DNA of 44,565 bases, from the NCBI GenBank assembly GCA_039924035.1, contig JBDTBS010000238.1, positions 1 through 44,565 of the forward strand, written 5' to 3'. The notes below the pieces were generated by a model that worked only from the letters and a program-made list of their open reading frames with translations, was not told the origin of the DNA and ran no database searches. The DNA comes from Aquihabitans sp. GTDB taxonomy: Bacteria > Actinomycetota > Acidimicrobiia > Acidimicrobiales > Iamiaceae. Made by a program: the position numbers and the translations under genes. Shown here piece after piece: positions 10,523 through 19,290 of the stretch; the first letter of the stretch is position 1; the number at the start of each line of letters is the position of its first letter.

Positions 10523-11565
10523 CATCAGCCGAACCGATCACCGCTGCGCGAATCACCGAGCTCCTGCGGGCCGCGGACCATGACGTGACCGTCGATCAGA
10601 TCACCACCGAACGCGTCGGCACCGGACAGATGGGGGCCAGCTACCGAGTATCGCTCACCGTTCACGGCGACCGCGGTGAGCTACCTGACACCCTGGTGGC
10701 CAAGATGGCCGATGGGCCGCCCGAGAAGAGGGCGCTCGCTGCTGGTAGCTACCGGACCGAAGTCGACTTCTACCGCAACGTCGCATCCACCGTGGCCGTG
10801 CGAGCACCCCGGTGCTGGGCCTCGTGGACCAACGACGACTGCACCGAGTTCATCCTGCTCCTGGAAGACTTGGCCCCTCGCCAACAAGGAGACCAGATCG
10901 ATGGCTGCAGTGCCGAACAGGCCACCGCGGCAGCGGTGAACCTGGCCGGGTTGCACGGCCCCCGATGGCGCGACCCCACCTGGGCTACCGTCGGCGGGCT
11001 CAACGTCATCGACCAGGCATCGGCGGACATGCTCGGCGAGGTGATGGCTCCGATGAACGAGATGTTCTTTGCTCACTTTGGTGACCGTCTTGCCCCCGAG
11101 GACCGCGCCGTCTTCGCACGAGTTCCCGAGGTGGCTGGCAGCTGGCTACTCGGTCGCTCCGAACGCCACGGGCCTGTCCACGGCGACTACCGGCTCGACA
11201 ACCTCATGTTCGCTCCGGACAGCAGCGACGTGGTCACTGTCGACTGGCAGACCATAAGTCTCGGCCTACCCACTCGAGACCTGGCCTTCCTGTGTTCCAC
11301 CGGGCTCGATCCCGATGTTCGGCGGACCAGTGAAGGGTCGATCGTCGAGGCCTACCACCAAGCGCTCCTCACCCACGGGGTCGACGACTACTCCCTCGAT
11401 GCATGCCGGGACGACTATTCGTACTCCATGCTCCAAGGGCCGCTGATCGTGGTGTTCGGTTGGGCGGTGGCCGACAAGACCGAGCGCGGCGACATCATGT
11501 TCCTGGCCATGGCCGAACGCGTCTGCTCGGCCATACGCGACCACGACCCTTTCGCTCGCCTCTGA
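10519..11565 (+). CDS. APH/choline-kinase-like phosphotransferase
   Basis: ATGA overlap with the upstream stop. Motifs VGTGQMG, LLLEDL, HGDYRLDNLMF, VDWQT. Confidence 0.88.
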   Translation: MTSAEPITAARITELLRAADHDVTVDQITTERVGTGQMGASYRVSLTVHGDRGELPDTLVAKMADGPPEKRALAAGSYRTEVDFYRNVASTVAVRAPRCWASWTNDDCTEFILLLEDLAPRQQGDQIDGCSAEQATAAAVNLAGLHGPRWRDPTWATVGGLNVIDQASADMLGEVMAPMNEMFFAHFGDRLAPEDRAVFARVPEVAGSWLLGRSERHGPVHGDYRLDNLMFAPDSSDVVTVDWQTISLGLPTRDLAFLCSTGLDPDVRRTSEGSIVEAYHQALLTHGVDDYSLDACRDDYSYSMLQGPLIVVFGWAVADKTERGDIMFLAMAERVCSAIRDHDPFARL

Positions 11566-11585
11566 CCTCCTGCCGGGAGGCAGGC

Positions 11586-12695
11586 TCAAGGACGCTCACC
11601 GAGTTCGTAGAGGTCGGCGGCGCGGCCGACGATCAACGGGTCGAGCAGGCCGATGCGGTCACTGTCCTTGCCGTCGTAGGGCATGGTGTGGAGCACGTAG
11701 CGCAGAGCGTTGAGCCGGGCTCGCTTCTTGCAGTCGGACTTGATGACCGTCCACGGAGCAACATCGGTGTCGGTGGTGCGGAACATGGTGTTCTTGGCGT
11801 CGGTGTAGGCATCCCACTTGTCGAGCGAGGCAAGGTCGATAGGCGACAGCTTCCACTGCTTGAGCGGATGTCGTTCGCGTTCGCTGAATCGTCGGCGCTG
11901 CTCCTCGCGGCTCACCGAGAACCAGAACTTGACGAGGTGGATCCCGCTGCGGGTCAGGTTCCGTTCGAACTCGGGTGCCTGCCGGAGGAACTCGGCGTGC
12001 TCATCGTCGGTGCAGAACCCCATGACCCGCTCGACGCCGGCTCGGTTGTACCAGGAGCGGTCGAACAGCACGATCTCGCCCGCGGTGGGCAGGTGCTGCA
12101 CGTATCGCTGGAAGTACCACTGACCGGCTTCGACCTCGGTGGGCTTCTCGAGGGCCACCACTCGTGCACCTCGAGGGTTGAGGTGTTCCATGAACCGTTT
12201 GATCGTGCCGCCCTTGCCGGCGGCGTCACGACCTTCGAACACGATGACGACCCGTTGGCCGGTTTCCTTGACCCAGGCCTGCAGCTTGAGCAACTCGACC
12301 TGCAGCCGGTACTTCTGGGCCTCGTAGGTCTTGCGACGCATCAGATTCGTGTATGGGTAGACGCCGCTGCGCCATGCATCGACCAGTTCATCGTCGGAGT
12401 TCATCGGCGGTGTGCCGTAGGGCGGTTCGTGTCGGTCGAACAGTGCCGTTCGCACTTTGCTCAGATCGTCGTCGGAGGTGCCAGCAAGCACGGCATCGAG
12501 CCATCGCGCTACTTCGATGCGCTCCTCGTGACCGGCTTGCTCCAGTACATCCTGGACCGAGTTGACGAGTGTCCCAGTGGATCCTTCGATGGCATCGTTT
12601 ACCACGTGGTCTTCGATGCCTGCCGGACGAAGGTCACCAGCGATGTCGCCGTCAGAGGTTCGACGCGGGGGCGTAACTGCTTCGCTGGTCGCCAT
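11586..12695 (-). CDS. ppk2: Polyphosphate kinase 2 (class I) with N-terminal extension
   Basis: FEGRDAAGKGG, WYFQRY, FDRSWYNRAGVERVMGFC, WKLSPID. TAGTGT lies 6 nt before the ATG. Confidence 0.96.
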   Translation of the reverse strand: MATSEAVTPPRRTSDGDIAGDLRPAGIEDHVVNDAIEGSTGTLVNSVQDVLEQAGHEERIEVARWLDAVLAGTSDDDLSKVRTALFDRHEPPYGTPPMNSDDELVDAWRSGVYPYTNLMRRKTYEAQKYRLQVELLKLQAWVKETGQRVVIVFEGRDAAGKGGTIKRFMEHLNPRGARVVALEKPTEVEAGQWYFQRYVQHLPTAGEIVLFDRSWYNRAGVERVMGFCTDDEHAEFLRQAPEFERNLTRSGIHLVKFWFSVSREEQRRRFSERERHPLKQWKLSPIDLASLDKWDAYTDAKNTMFRTTDTDVAPWTVIKSDCKKRARLNALRYVLHTMPYDGKDSDRIGLLDPLIVGRAADLYELGERP

Positions 12696-12924
12696 GGGGA
12701 GACACTACCGACCTCGCGGGCGAGCGTCTTTACAAATCTCAGCGAAACGAAGGCTTGATGGCGAGGAGCTTGCCGCTGTTGCTTTGCATCACGGACTCCA
12801 CGGTTCGCCCTTCACCGTGGGAAAGGACGGCAACCAGCACCTCCCCGGGAGTCACGGTCCAACTGCAGATGGGTGGACCCTGGTCGGTCGGACCTGACGA
12901 GCCGAGATGAGGTTGAATGGGGAG

Positions 12925-15792
12925 GTGAGCGACGCGGGCACGAATCAGGGTCAGCGGCCCGCCGAGGCCGTGGAGCCGATCGAGGCTGCCTGGTCGCTCG
13001 AGTCGGCGGACGTCGTCGTGGCGATGGATAGCGACGCCGATTCTGGGCTCACCGAAGCATCGGTCCGGCGACGCGCCACACGGTTCGGGGCGAACGAGAT
13101 CGCCGTCGGTGTCGAGACCCCGGCCTGGAAGCGGATGCTGGCACAGTTCCGAGATCCGCTGGTGCTGTTGTTGCTGGTGGCGATCGTGGTCTCGTTGATC
13201 GCTTGGTTCATCGACGGCGCCGACGAGTTGCCCATCGATGCCGTCGTCATCGCCGTCATCGTCTTGCTCAACGCGGGTCTCGGCTTCTGGCAGGAGAGCA
13301 AGGCCATCGATGCTGTGGCCGCCCTCCGGGTCCTGACGGCCGCTCGCACAACGGTGCTCCGTGACGGGCGGATGACCTCGGTCGCAAACGTGGACCTCGT
13401 TCCCGGCGACATCGTGATTCTCGAAGAGGGGAGTGCGATCGGCGCAGATGCTCGGCTCCTCGATGTGGCCAACCTTCAGGTCTCTGAGGCCCCGCTGACC
13501 GGTGAGAGCACGGTGGTCGACAAGACGTCCACGACCCTTGATGGCGACACCGAGCTCGCTGATCGCACGAACATGGTGTTCCGGGGAACCGCGGTCACGA
13601 GCGGACACGGGACCGCGGTGGTGGTTGCCACCGCCATGGACACCCAGATCGGACGGATCGCGTCTCTGATCGAGCAAGCATCGGAAGACCCGACCCCGCT
13701 CGAACGCGAGATCCAGTGGCTCGGCAAGATGCTCGGCATCGTCGTCGTGGTACTCGCCGCGATCGTGGTCGCCGCGATCGTGCTCACCTCGGAACTCTCG
13801 GAACCTGCCGATGTGATCGATGCCCTGCTCGTCGGCGTATCACTCGCCGTGGCTGCGGTCCCTGAAGGCCTGCCCGCGATCATGTCGGTGGTCCTGGCCC
13901 TCGGCGTTCAGCGTATGGCGAAGCGCAACGCGATCGTCAAGCAGCTCTCATCGGTGGAGACCCTGGGCGCAGCATCGATCATCTGCACCGATAAGACGGG
14001 CACGCTCACCCGCAACGAAATGACCATCGTCCGCATCGAAACCGCTTCTGGGGCGGTCGACGTGACCGGCTCGGGATATGACCCGCACGGTCGCGTTGTC
14101 GTCGATGGCAGACCGATCGAGGACGACGAACTGCGCACCGCCGTGGAACTCGTGCTCGGGGCCGGCTGCCTGGCCAACAATGCCTCGTTCGCGCAGGACG
14201 ACCAAGGCCAGTGGGAGGTGCTCGGTGACCCGACCGAGGCGGCCTTCCTCGTTGCCGAAGAGAAGTTGGGCCTGGCCGAGCGTCGGGTTCGGCGTTTCGA
14301 CCGGGTCGACGAGGTGCCCTTCACCTCAGAACGCAAGCTGATGTCGACCCTGCATCACGATGGCGACTTCGACGCAGACCAGCCTGTACAGGAGCAGGCG
14401 TCGCCGAGTGAGCTGATGTTGTTCACCAAGGGCTCACCAGACGTACTCCTCGAACGCTGCTCGCATGAGCGCGTCGGTGGTCTGGTGATCGAGCTGACCG
14501 ACGACCGCCGGGAAGCCATCCTCGCGTCCATCGATCGTCTCGCCGATCAGGCATTGCGGACGCTGGGCGTCGCCTACCGACCCATGGAGCCCAGTGCTTC
14601 CAGCATCGACGTCGACGCCGAACACGGGCTGGTGCACCTCGGCATAGTTGGCATCGTCGATCCGCCCCGCGAAGAGGTGGCGGCCGCCATCGAAGAGGCA
14701 CGCGGGGCGGGCATTCGGGTCATCATGATCACCGGCGACCACCCCCGCACCGCGGCCCGCATCGGCGCCCAGCTCGGGATCGGTGACGGGGCAGCCGACG
14801 CGGTGACCGGCCGGGAGCTTTCGGCGATGACCGATACCGAGTTCCGGTTGGCTACCGAGTCGAGTGACGTGTTTGCCAGAGTCATCCCCGAACACAAGCT
14901 CCGGATCGTCGAACAACTCCAGCAGAGCGGGCAGGTCGTGGCCATGACTGGCGACGGCGTCAACGATGCCCCGGCGCTCAAGCAGGCCGACATCGGGGTG
15001 GCCATGGGGATCAACGGCACCGAGGTCTCCAAAGATGCCTCGAACATGATCCTGGCCGACGACAACTTCGCCACGATCCTTGGCGCGGTGCGCGAGGGAC
15101 GGGAGATCTTCGCCGACATCCGCAAGTGCGTGCGCTACCTCCTGGCCTCCAACGCGGGTGAGGTCCTCGTCGTGTTCGTCGGGGTTCTCGCCGCCGGTTG
15201 GCTCGGTTTGGGTGGGTCGGGCGACGAGCTGGCCGTACCGCTGCTGGCGACCCAGATCCTGTGGATCAACCTGCTCACCGACAGCGCCCTGGCCCTGGCG
15301 CTAGGACTCGACCCCGCGGTGGAAGACGTGATGGCCCGGCCCGCCCGCCGGCTCGACGAACGCATCATCGACCGGTCAATGGTCACCACCATCGCCCTGA
15401 TCGGTGTCGTCTCCGCCGCGGCCGGCCTTCTGGCCCTCGACATCGAGCTCCCTGGTGGATTGATCGACGGATCCGGCACCATCGCCACCGGGCGCACCAT
15501 GGTGTTCACCACCATCGTCCTTGCTCAGATCTTCAATGCCTTCAACGCCCGCTCCGACACCGTGAGCGCGTTCGTCCGGCCTTTCGAGAACCGGCTGCTC
15601 TGGGGTGCGGTCGCCTTGACGGTGGCCCTGCAGGTCTTCGTGGTGCACGTGCCCTTCATGAACCGAGCCTTCGATACCGAACCACTCGATCTCCGCCGGT
15701 GGCTGATCTGCATCGGTCTGGCCGCCACCGTGCTGGTCGCTGACGAGCTCCGCAAGGTGCTGCACCGCCGAACTCGACCCGCTCTCCGCTAG
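12925..15792 (+). CDS. P2A-type cation-transporting P-type ATPase (Ca2+/CtpF-like)
   Basis: LTGES, VPEGLP, DKTGTLT, MITGD, TGDGVNDAPAL, QILWINLLTD. Start is ATG 12907 or GTG 12925. Confidence 0.95.
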   Translation: MSDAGTNQGQRPAEAVEPIEAAWSLESADVVVAMDSDADSGLTEASVRRRATRFGANEIAVGVETPAWKRMLAQFRDPLVLLLLVAIVVSLIAWFIDGADELPIDAVVIAVIVLLNAGLGFWQESKAIDAVAALRVLTAARTTVLRDGRMTSVANVDLVPGDIVILEEGSAIGADARLLDVANLQVSEAPLTGESTVVDKTSTTLDGDTELADRTNMVFRGTAVTSGHGTAVVVATAMDTQIGRIASLIEQASEDPTPLEREIQWLGKMLGIVVVVLAAIVVAAIVLTSELSEPADVIDALLVGVSLAVAAVPEGLPAIMSVVLALGVQRMAKRNAIVKQLSSVETLGAASIICTDKTGTLTRNEMTIVRIETASGAVDVTGSGYDPHGRVVVDGRPIEDDELRTAVELVLGAGCLANNASFAQDDQGQWEVLGDPTEAAFLVAEEKLGLAERRVRRFDRVDEVPFTSERKLMSTLHHDGDFDADQPVQEQASPSELMLFTKGSPDVLLERCSHERVGGLVIELTDDRREAILASIDRLADQALRTLGVAYRPMEPSASSIDVDAEHGLVHLGIVGIVDPPREEVAAAIEEARGAGIRVIMITGDHPRTAARIGAQLGIGDGAADAVTGRELSAMTDTEFRLATESSDVFARVIPEHKLRIVEQLQQSGQVVAMTGDGVNDAPALKQADIGVAMGINGTEVSKDASNMILADDNFATILGAVREGREIFADIRKCVRYLLASNAGEVLVVFVGVLAAGWLGLGGSGDELAVPLLATQILWINLLTDSALALALGLDPAVEDVMARPARRLDERIIDRSMVTTIALIGVVSAAAGLLALDIELPGGLIDGSGTIATGRTMVFTTIVLAQIFNAFNARSDTVSAFVRPFENRLLWGAVALTVALQVFVVHVPFMNRAFDTEPLDLRRWLICIGLAATVLVADELRKVLHRRTRPALR

Positions 15793-15801
15793 CGGAAGGT
15801 A

Positions 15802-15823
15802 CGTACGGTCACTTGACCGTGCG
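15802..15823. terminator. Probable bidirectional terminator hairpin between convergent genes
   Basis: CGTACGGTCA-CT-TGACCGTGCG inverted repeat. Confidence 0.5.
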
Positions 15824-15828
15824 ATGGG

Positions 15829-16182
15829 TCAGTCGGCTTCGGCCTGTCGGATGGTGGCGCTCGCGTCGCGATCGTCGATGCGGCCGAAGGTGCTGTTCAG
15901 CTTGCTCTGCATCTTCGTGGCCGCACCGCGGCACGCCTCTTCGATGGTGGGGGCGAGGGCGGTGACCACCACCGGCTGCATTCCCTCCGGGCGTGCTTCG
16001 AGCAGGCACTTCTTGTCGTCGCTACCACTACCCCGTTCGGCATCTACATCGCTGAGGTGGACCTCTACCCGCGTCAGGCGGTCCTCGAAGTGCTGTAGCG
16101 CCGAGCCAATCACGGTCTCGGCCATCTCTGCGACGGCCTCGGTGCCATCGATGTTGCTGTCGGTGTTGACCTGAATCTTCAT
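15829..16182 (-). CDS. HPF/RaiA family ribosome-associated protein
   Basis: MKIQVNTD...FEDRLTRVEVHLSD...DKKCLLEARP...PVVVT is typical of this family. Confidence 0.88.
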   Translation of the reverse strand: MKIQVNTDSNIDGTEAVAEMAETVIGSALQHFEDRLTRVEVHLSDVDAERGSGSDDKKCLLEARPEGMQPVVVTALAPTIEEACRGAATKMQSKLNSTFGRIDDRDASATIRQAEAD

Positions 16183-16275
16183 TGATGGATCCTCGCATCG
16201 GTTCGAATTGGGGGGGCGAACGGTACGAACAAAGCATGGCATGTTGCCAACACATGCCTATGGGCTCGGTCGATA

Positions 16276-16587
16276 GTGGAAGACACCCTCGTCACGTATT
16301 TCGGTGAGCAGGCCCGTGACTCGATCCATTACATCGAGAACGACTGGTGCCAGGAACCATGGAGCGGAGGCGCCTATGGAGGTCGCTTCACCACCGGCGG
16401 GTGGACCACATTCGGCCCCACCCTGAAGCTCCCGCATGGACGTATCGACTTCCCTGGAACCGAAACCGCCACAAGGTGGAACGGCTATATCGACGGGGCC
16501 ATCAGTGCAGGGGAGCGAGCGGCAGCAGAGATCTTCGACGACCTAGATGGGGGAACGATCACCCAGCAAAGCATGTCACGCCATTGA
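16276..16587 (+). pseudogene. C-terminal remnant of a flavin monoamine oxidase
   Basis: DWCQEPWSGGAY...GRIDFPGTETATRWNGYIDGAISAGERAA matches the MAO C-terminus. The N-terminal FAD-binding GxGxxG is absent and an in-frame stop lies just upstream. Confidence 0.8.
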
Positions 16588-16679
16588 CCTTGGCCCTGAC
16601 CTCAGGGCCGGGCTCCACTGGGGTAGGTACCCTTGAGCCCAGTATCGATCAGTGGCTTCATCTCTGCAGGAGACCGAAC

Positions 16680-17849
16680 ATGGAATCTGACCGCACAGCC
16701 TTCCCTCTTCGAGATCCCCAGGCGGCGCACCACAGCCCGGCCGACGATCGTGAGCGGCGCGTGCTGGCCGGGAGTGGAACCCACGGGCTCGGCCCGATCG
16801 TTCTGCGGGTCGGCGACGAGGCCGTGACCGTGCGCCCGGGTGAGGAGGTGGATGTTCGAGATGGAGCGGACTCTGACGCCCAGGTGGCGGTGGAGTTCAA
16901 GAGCCAGGAAGCGTTCACCGACTTTCACGACGAGATGCGAACCGCCGCCGGTCTTCACGTGACCGGTGGAGTTCGCTACCTATCGGGCGACTTCGCCGGC
17001 TTCGACGCATGGGAGCCGGCGCTACGCGCGCTGTACCAAGGCCGACCGGTCTTCGATCCTGCTGATATCGACCGCGATGATGCCTCTCGTACGTTCCGCT
17101 GGGGTGAGGATGAGGATGCACTCTCAGCCTTCTTGCAGCGTTACGGGTGGGCCCACGTGCGTGGTGTGTTCTCGGCGTCGGAGATCGCTGAGATCGATGC
17201 CGAGGTTCGGCGCATCGAGGAGGCCAGCCGACCTGATGTTCCGGGGTCGTGGTGGACACACGATGCCGATGGCCAAGAGCAGCCGTGCCAGCTCCACTTC
17301 CTAGGGCTTGCGTCGGCGGTCATCGCCGCGCTCGATGAGGATCCGCGGGTCCGCCGGCTCGTGGCGCTCAACGGGATGGATCTCGTCAGCCACCCGGACC
17401 GTGCCCTCGGTACCTTTGCGGTCCTGAAGCGACCGACCGCCGCCGAAGGCCTCACCAACCTGCCGTGGCACATCGACTGCGGCTTGGGCGGTCATCCCTT
17501 CACCTGTCCAGGACTTCACATTGGCGTTCAGCTCACCGCTTCGAATCCCGGCCTCGGAGCGTTCAGCATCCTTCCCGGCAGCCACCGCAGCAGCGTCCGA
17601 CGAGCCGATGTCGACCTGGAAACGTGGCCCACTGTCACCGTCGATGCCGAGCCGGGGGATGTCACCTTGCACATAACCCATGCCCTGCACGCGGCGCCTG
17701 GTCCGCAGAGCCGAAGCGAAGGTCGTCGAACGCTCTACCTCGGCTTCAGCCCGCCGGAGCTACTCGACGTGATCGGACCCGGCCAGGCCTTCGACGACCT
17801 CATCACCCAGACCAGCGCTGACGGACACGTCCGGTTCGCCGCCGACTAG
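16680..17849 (+). CDS. Phytanoyl-CoA dioxygenase (PhyH) family Fe/2-oxoglutarate dioxygenase with possible SCP2-like N-terminal domain
   Basis: CAGGAG RBS, FLQRYGWAHVRGVFS, LPWHID (HxD), ILPGSH, AEPGDVTLH...LH, RRTLY. Confidence 0.82.
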   Translation: MESDRTAFPLRDPQAAHHSPADDRERRVLAGSGTHGLGPIVLRVGDEAVTVRPGEEVDVRDGADSDAQVAVEFKSQEAFTDFHDEMRTAAGLHVTGGVRYLSGDFAGFDAWEPALRALYQGRPVFDPADIDRDDASRTFRWGEDEDALSAFLQRYGWAHVRGVFSASEIAEIDAEVRRIEEASRPDVPGSWWTHDADGQEQPCQLHFLGLASAVIAALDEDPRVRRLVALNGMDLVSHPDRALGTFAVLKRPTAAEGLTNLPWHIDCGLGGHPFTCPGLHIGVQLTASNPGLGAFSILPGSHRSSVRRADVDLETWPTVTVDAEPGDVTLHITHALHAAPGPQSRSEGRRTLYLGFSPPELLDVIGPGQAFDDLITQTSADGHVRFAAD

Positions 17850-17864
17850 GTGACTGTCGAAGGC

Positions 17865-17904
17865 GGGTGACGCCAGCGGGGGGTGGGACCCGCCGACGTC
17901 ACCC
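17865..17904. terminator. Terminator hairpin between convergent genes
   Basis: GGGTGACGCCAGCGGG...CCCGCCGACGTCACCC imperfect stem. Confidence 0.6.
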
Positions 17905-17939
17905 TGTTACCTCGGATCGCTACCAGTTCCCCGAGATTG

Positions 17940-18572
17940 CTACTTCGGGGCGTCTGCGTAGCGGAGGTAGGGCTTGAACTCCTCGACGTTCTGGAACTGC
18001 TTCTTGGCATCTTCGGTGGAGACCCCCATGCCGACGATCACCCGGTCGCCAGGCTGCCAGTCGGCTGGCGTGGCGATGGGATTGGCATCGGTGGCCTGGA
18101 GGGCGTCGATGACGCGCACGATCTCGTCGAAGTTGCGACCCACCGACTTGGGATAGGTGAGCATGAGGCGGAGCTTGTTGTCGGGGTCGACGATGAACAC
18201 CGAACGCACAGTGGAGGTGTCACCTTCGCCCGGGTGGATCATGTCGTAGAGCTCAGCGACCTTACGGTCGGGGTCGGCCACGATCGGGAAGTTGAGTGCG
18301 GTGCCGGTGACCTCTCCGATGTCTGGTGCCCAAGCATGGTGGTCCTCGACGGAGTCGATCGAGATGGCGATTGCCTTGGTGTTGCGCTTGGCGAACTCGC
18401 TCCCGAGAGCGGCAGTGCGGCCGAGCTCAGTGGTGCACACCGGGGTGAAGTCGGCCGGGTGGCTGAAGAACACCGCCCACGAACCCTTCTTCCAGTCGTG
18501 GAAGGTGATCTCGCCGTCGGTGGTCATCGCGGTGAAATCGGGGGCTTCGTCTCCGAGGTGCAGACAGGACAT
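17940..18572 (-). CDS. 1-Cys peroxiredoxin (Prx6 family)
   Basis: FSHPADFTPVCTTELG, YPKSVGRNFDEIVRVIDALQ, ATPADW, PYLRY. AAGGAG RBS. Confidence 0.95.
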   Translation of the reverse strand: MSCLHLGDEAPDFTAMTTDGEITFHDWKKGSWAVFFSHPADFTPVCTTELGRTAALGSEFAKRNTKAIAISIDSVEDHHAWAPDIGEVTGTALNFPIVADPDRKVAELYDMIHPGEGDTSTVRSVFIVDPDNKLRLMLTYPKSVGRNFDEIVRVIDALQATDANPIATPADWQPGDRVIVGMGVSTEDAKKQFQNVEEFKPYLRYADAPK

Positions 18573-18803
18573 GTAGCGCTCCTTCGTTTGTTGGTACGCG
18601 GGCGCCTTCGCCCGCGTTCACTTGGTTCAACCGAGATACCCGGCTAGGTGTTCCTGGGGTTTGTGTTTGGGTTCGCTTCCTTGACCGGGACCAAGGGATC
18701 TGTGGTCTGGCGGGAAGCCAACTGTTCACGCCTCGAGCCCTTCAGCGGGTTGATGGCCTCCGATGGGGTCCAATCTGAGCGCGGCCATCCGCAGCAACCC
18801 ATG

Positions 18804-19193
18804 TCAGGTTCCTTCAGGTTTCAGAGCATCGAGAGCGGCAGTGAGTTGGGCAGCGGCCTTGCTGGCGAGGTCGGCGAAGTTGGGATCGGGCACGAGGTCG
18901 CGGGGGTCGACGATCTTGATGCTGGTCTTGTTGTCCCCGACTGGTTCGAGCACGACGTTGCAGGGCAGAACCAGCGCCGAAGACGGGTCGAGCTTGAGGG
19001 CCTCATGGGCGAAGCCCGGGTTGCACGCACCCAGGATCTTCAGGGCCGGGCGTTCGACGTCGAGCTTGGCCTTGAGGACGCCGGCGATGTCGATCTCGGT
19101 GAGGACGCCGAAGCCATTGTCGGCGAGAGAAGCTCGCACGGCGGTCTCGGCCTGGTCCATGGGGAGGTCGACGGTGGTCTCGATGGCACGCAT
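18804..19193 (-). CDS. DUF302 domain protein
   Basis: GFGVLTEID...ILGACNP.FA...LPCNVV motifs. GAAAGGGA RBS. Confidence 0.9.
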   Translation of the reverse strand: MRAIETTVDLPMDQAETAVRASLADNGFGVLTEIDIAGVLKAKLDVERPALKILGACNPGFAHEALKLDPSSALVLPCNVVLEPVGDNKTSIKIVDPRDLVPDPNFADLASKAAAQLTAALDALKPEGT

Positions 19194-19233
19194 GGTGTCC
19201 CTTTCGGTGTGGGGTTTCGGAGGATCTTGCGGT

Positions 19234-19249
19234 ATACCCCCCATGGTAT
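19234..19249. promoter_or_regulatory. CsoR/CstR/RcnR-family operator
   Basis: ATACC-CCCCAT-GGTAT: inverted ATACC arms flanking a C/G tract, about 40 bp upstream of the DUF302 gene. Confidence 0.7.
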
Positions 19250-19290
19250 CGAACCAGGAATGATTTCGCGCCGCAAAGGCCTGGGCCCAC

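Noticed and set aside
11403-12758. 451-aa ORF antisense to ppk2, and similar long shadow ORFs (17883-18647, 18648-19481, 25740-26546, 33252-34292)
   Set aside because: They mirror real genes on the opposite strand, which is expected in high-GC DNA, and show no recognisable motifs.
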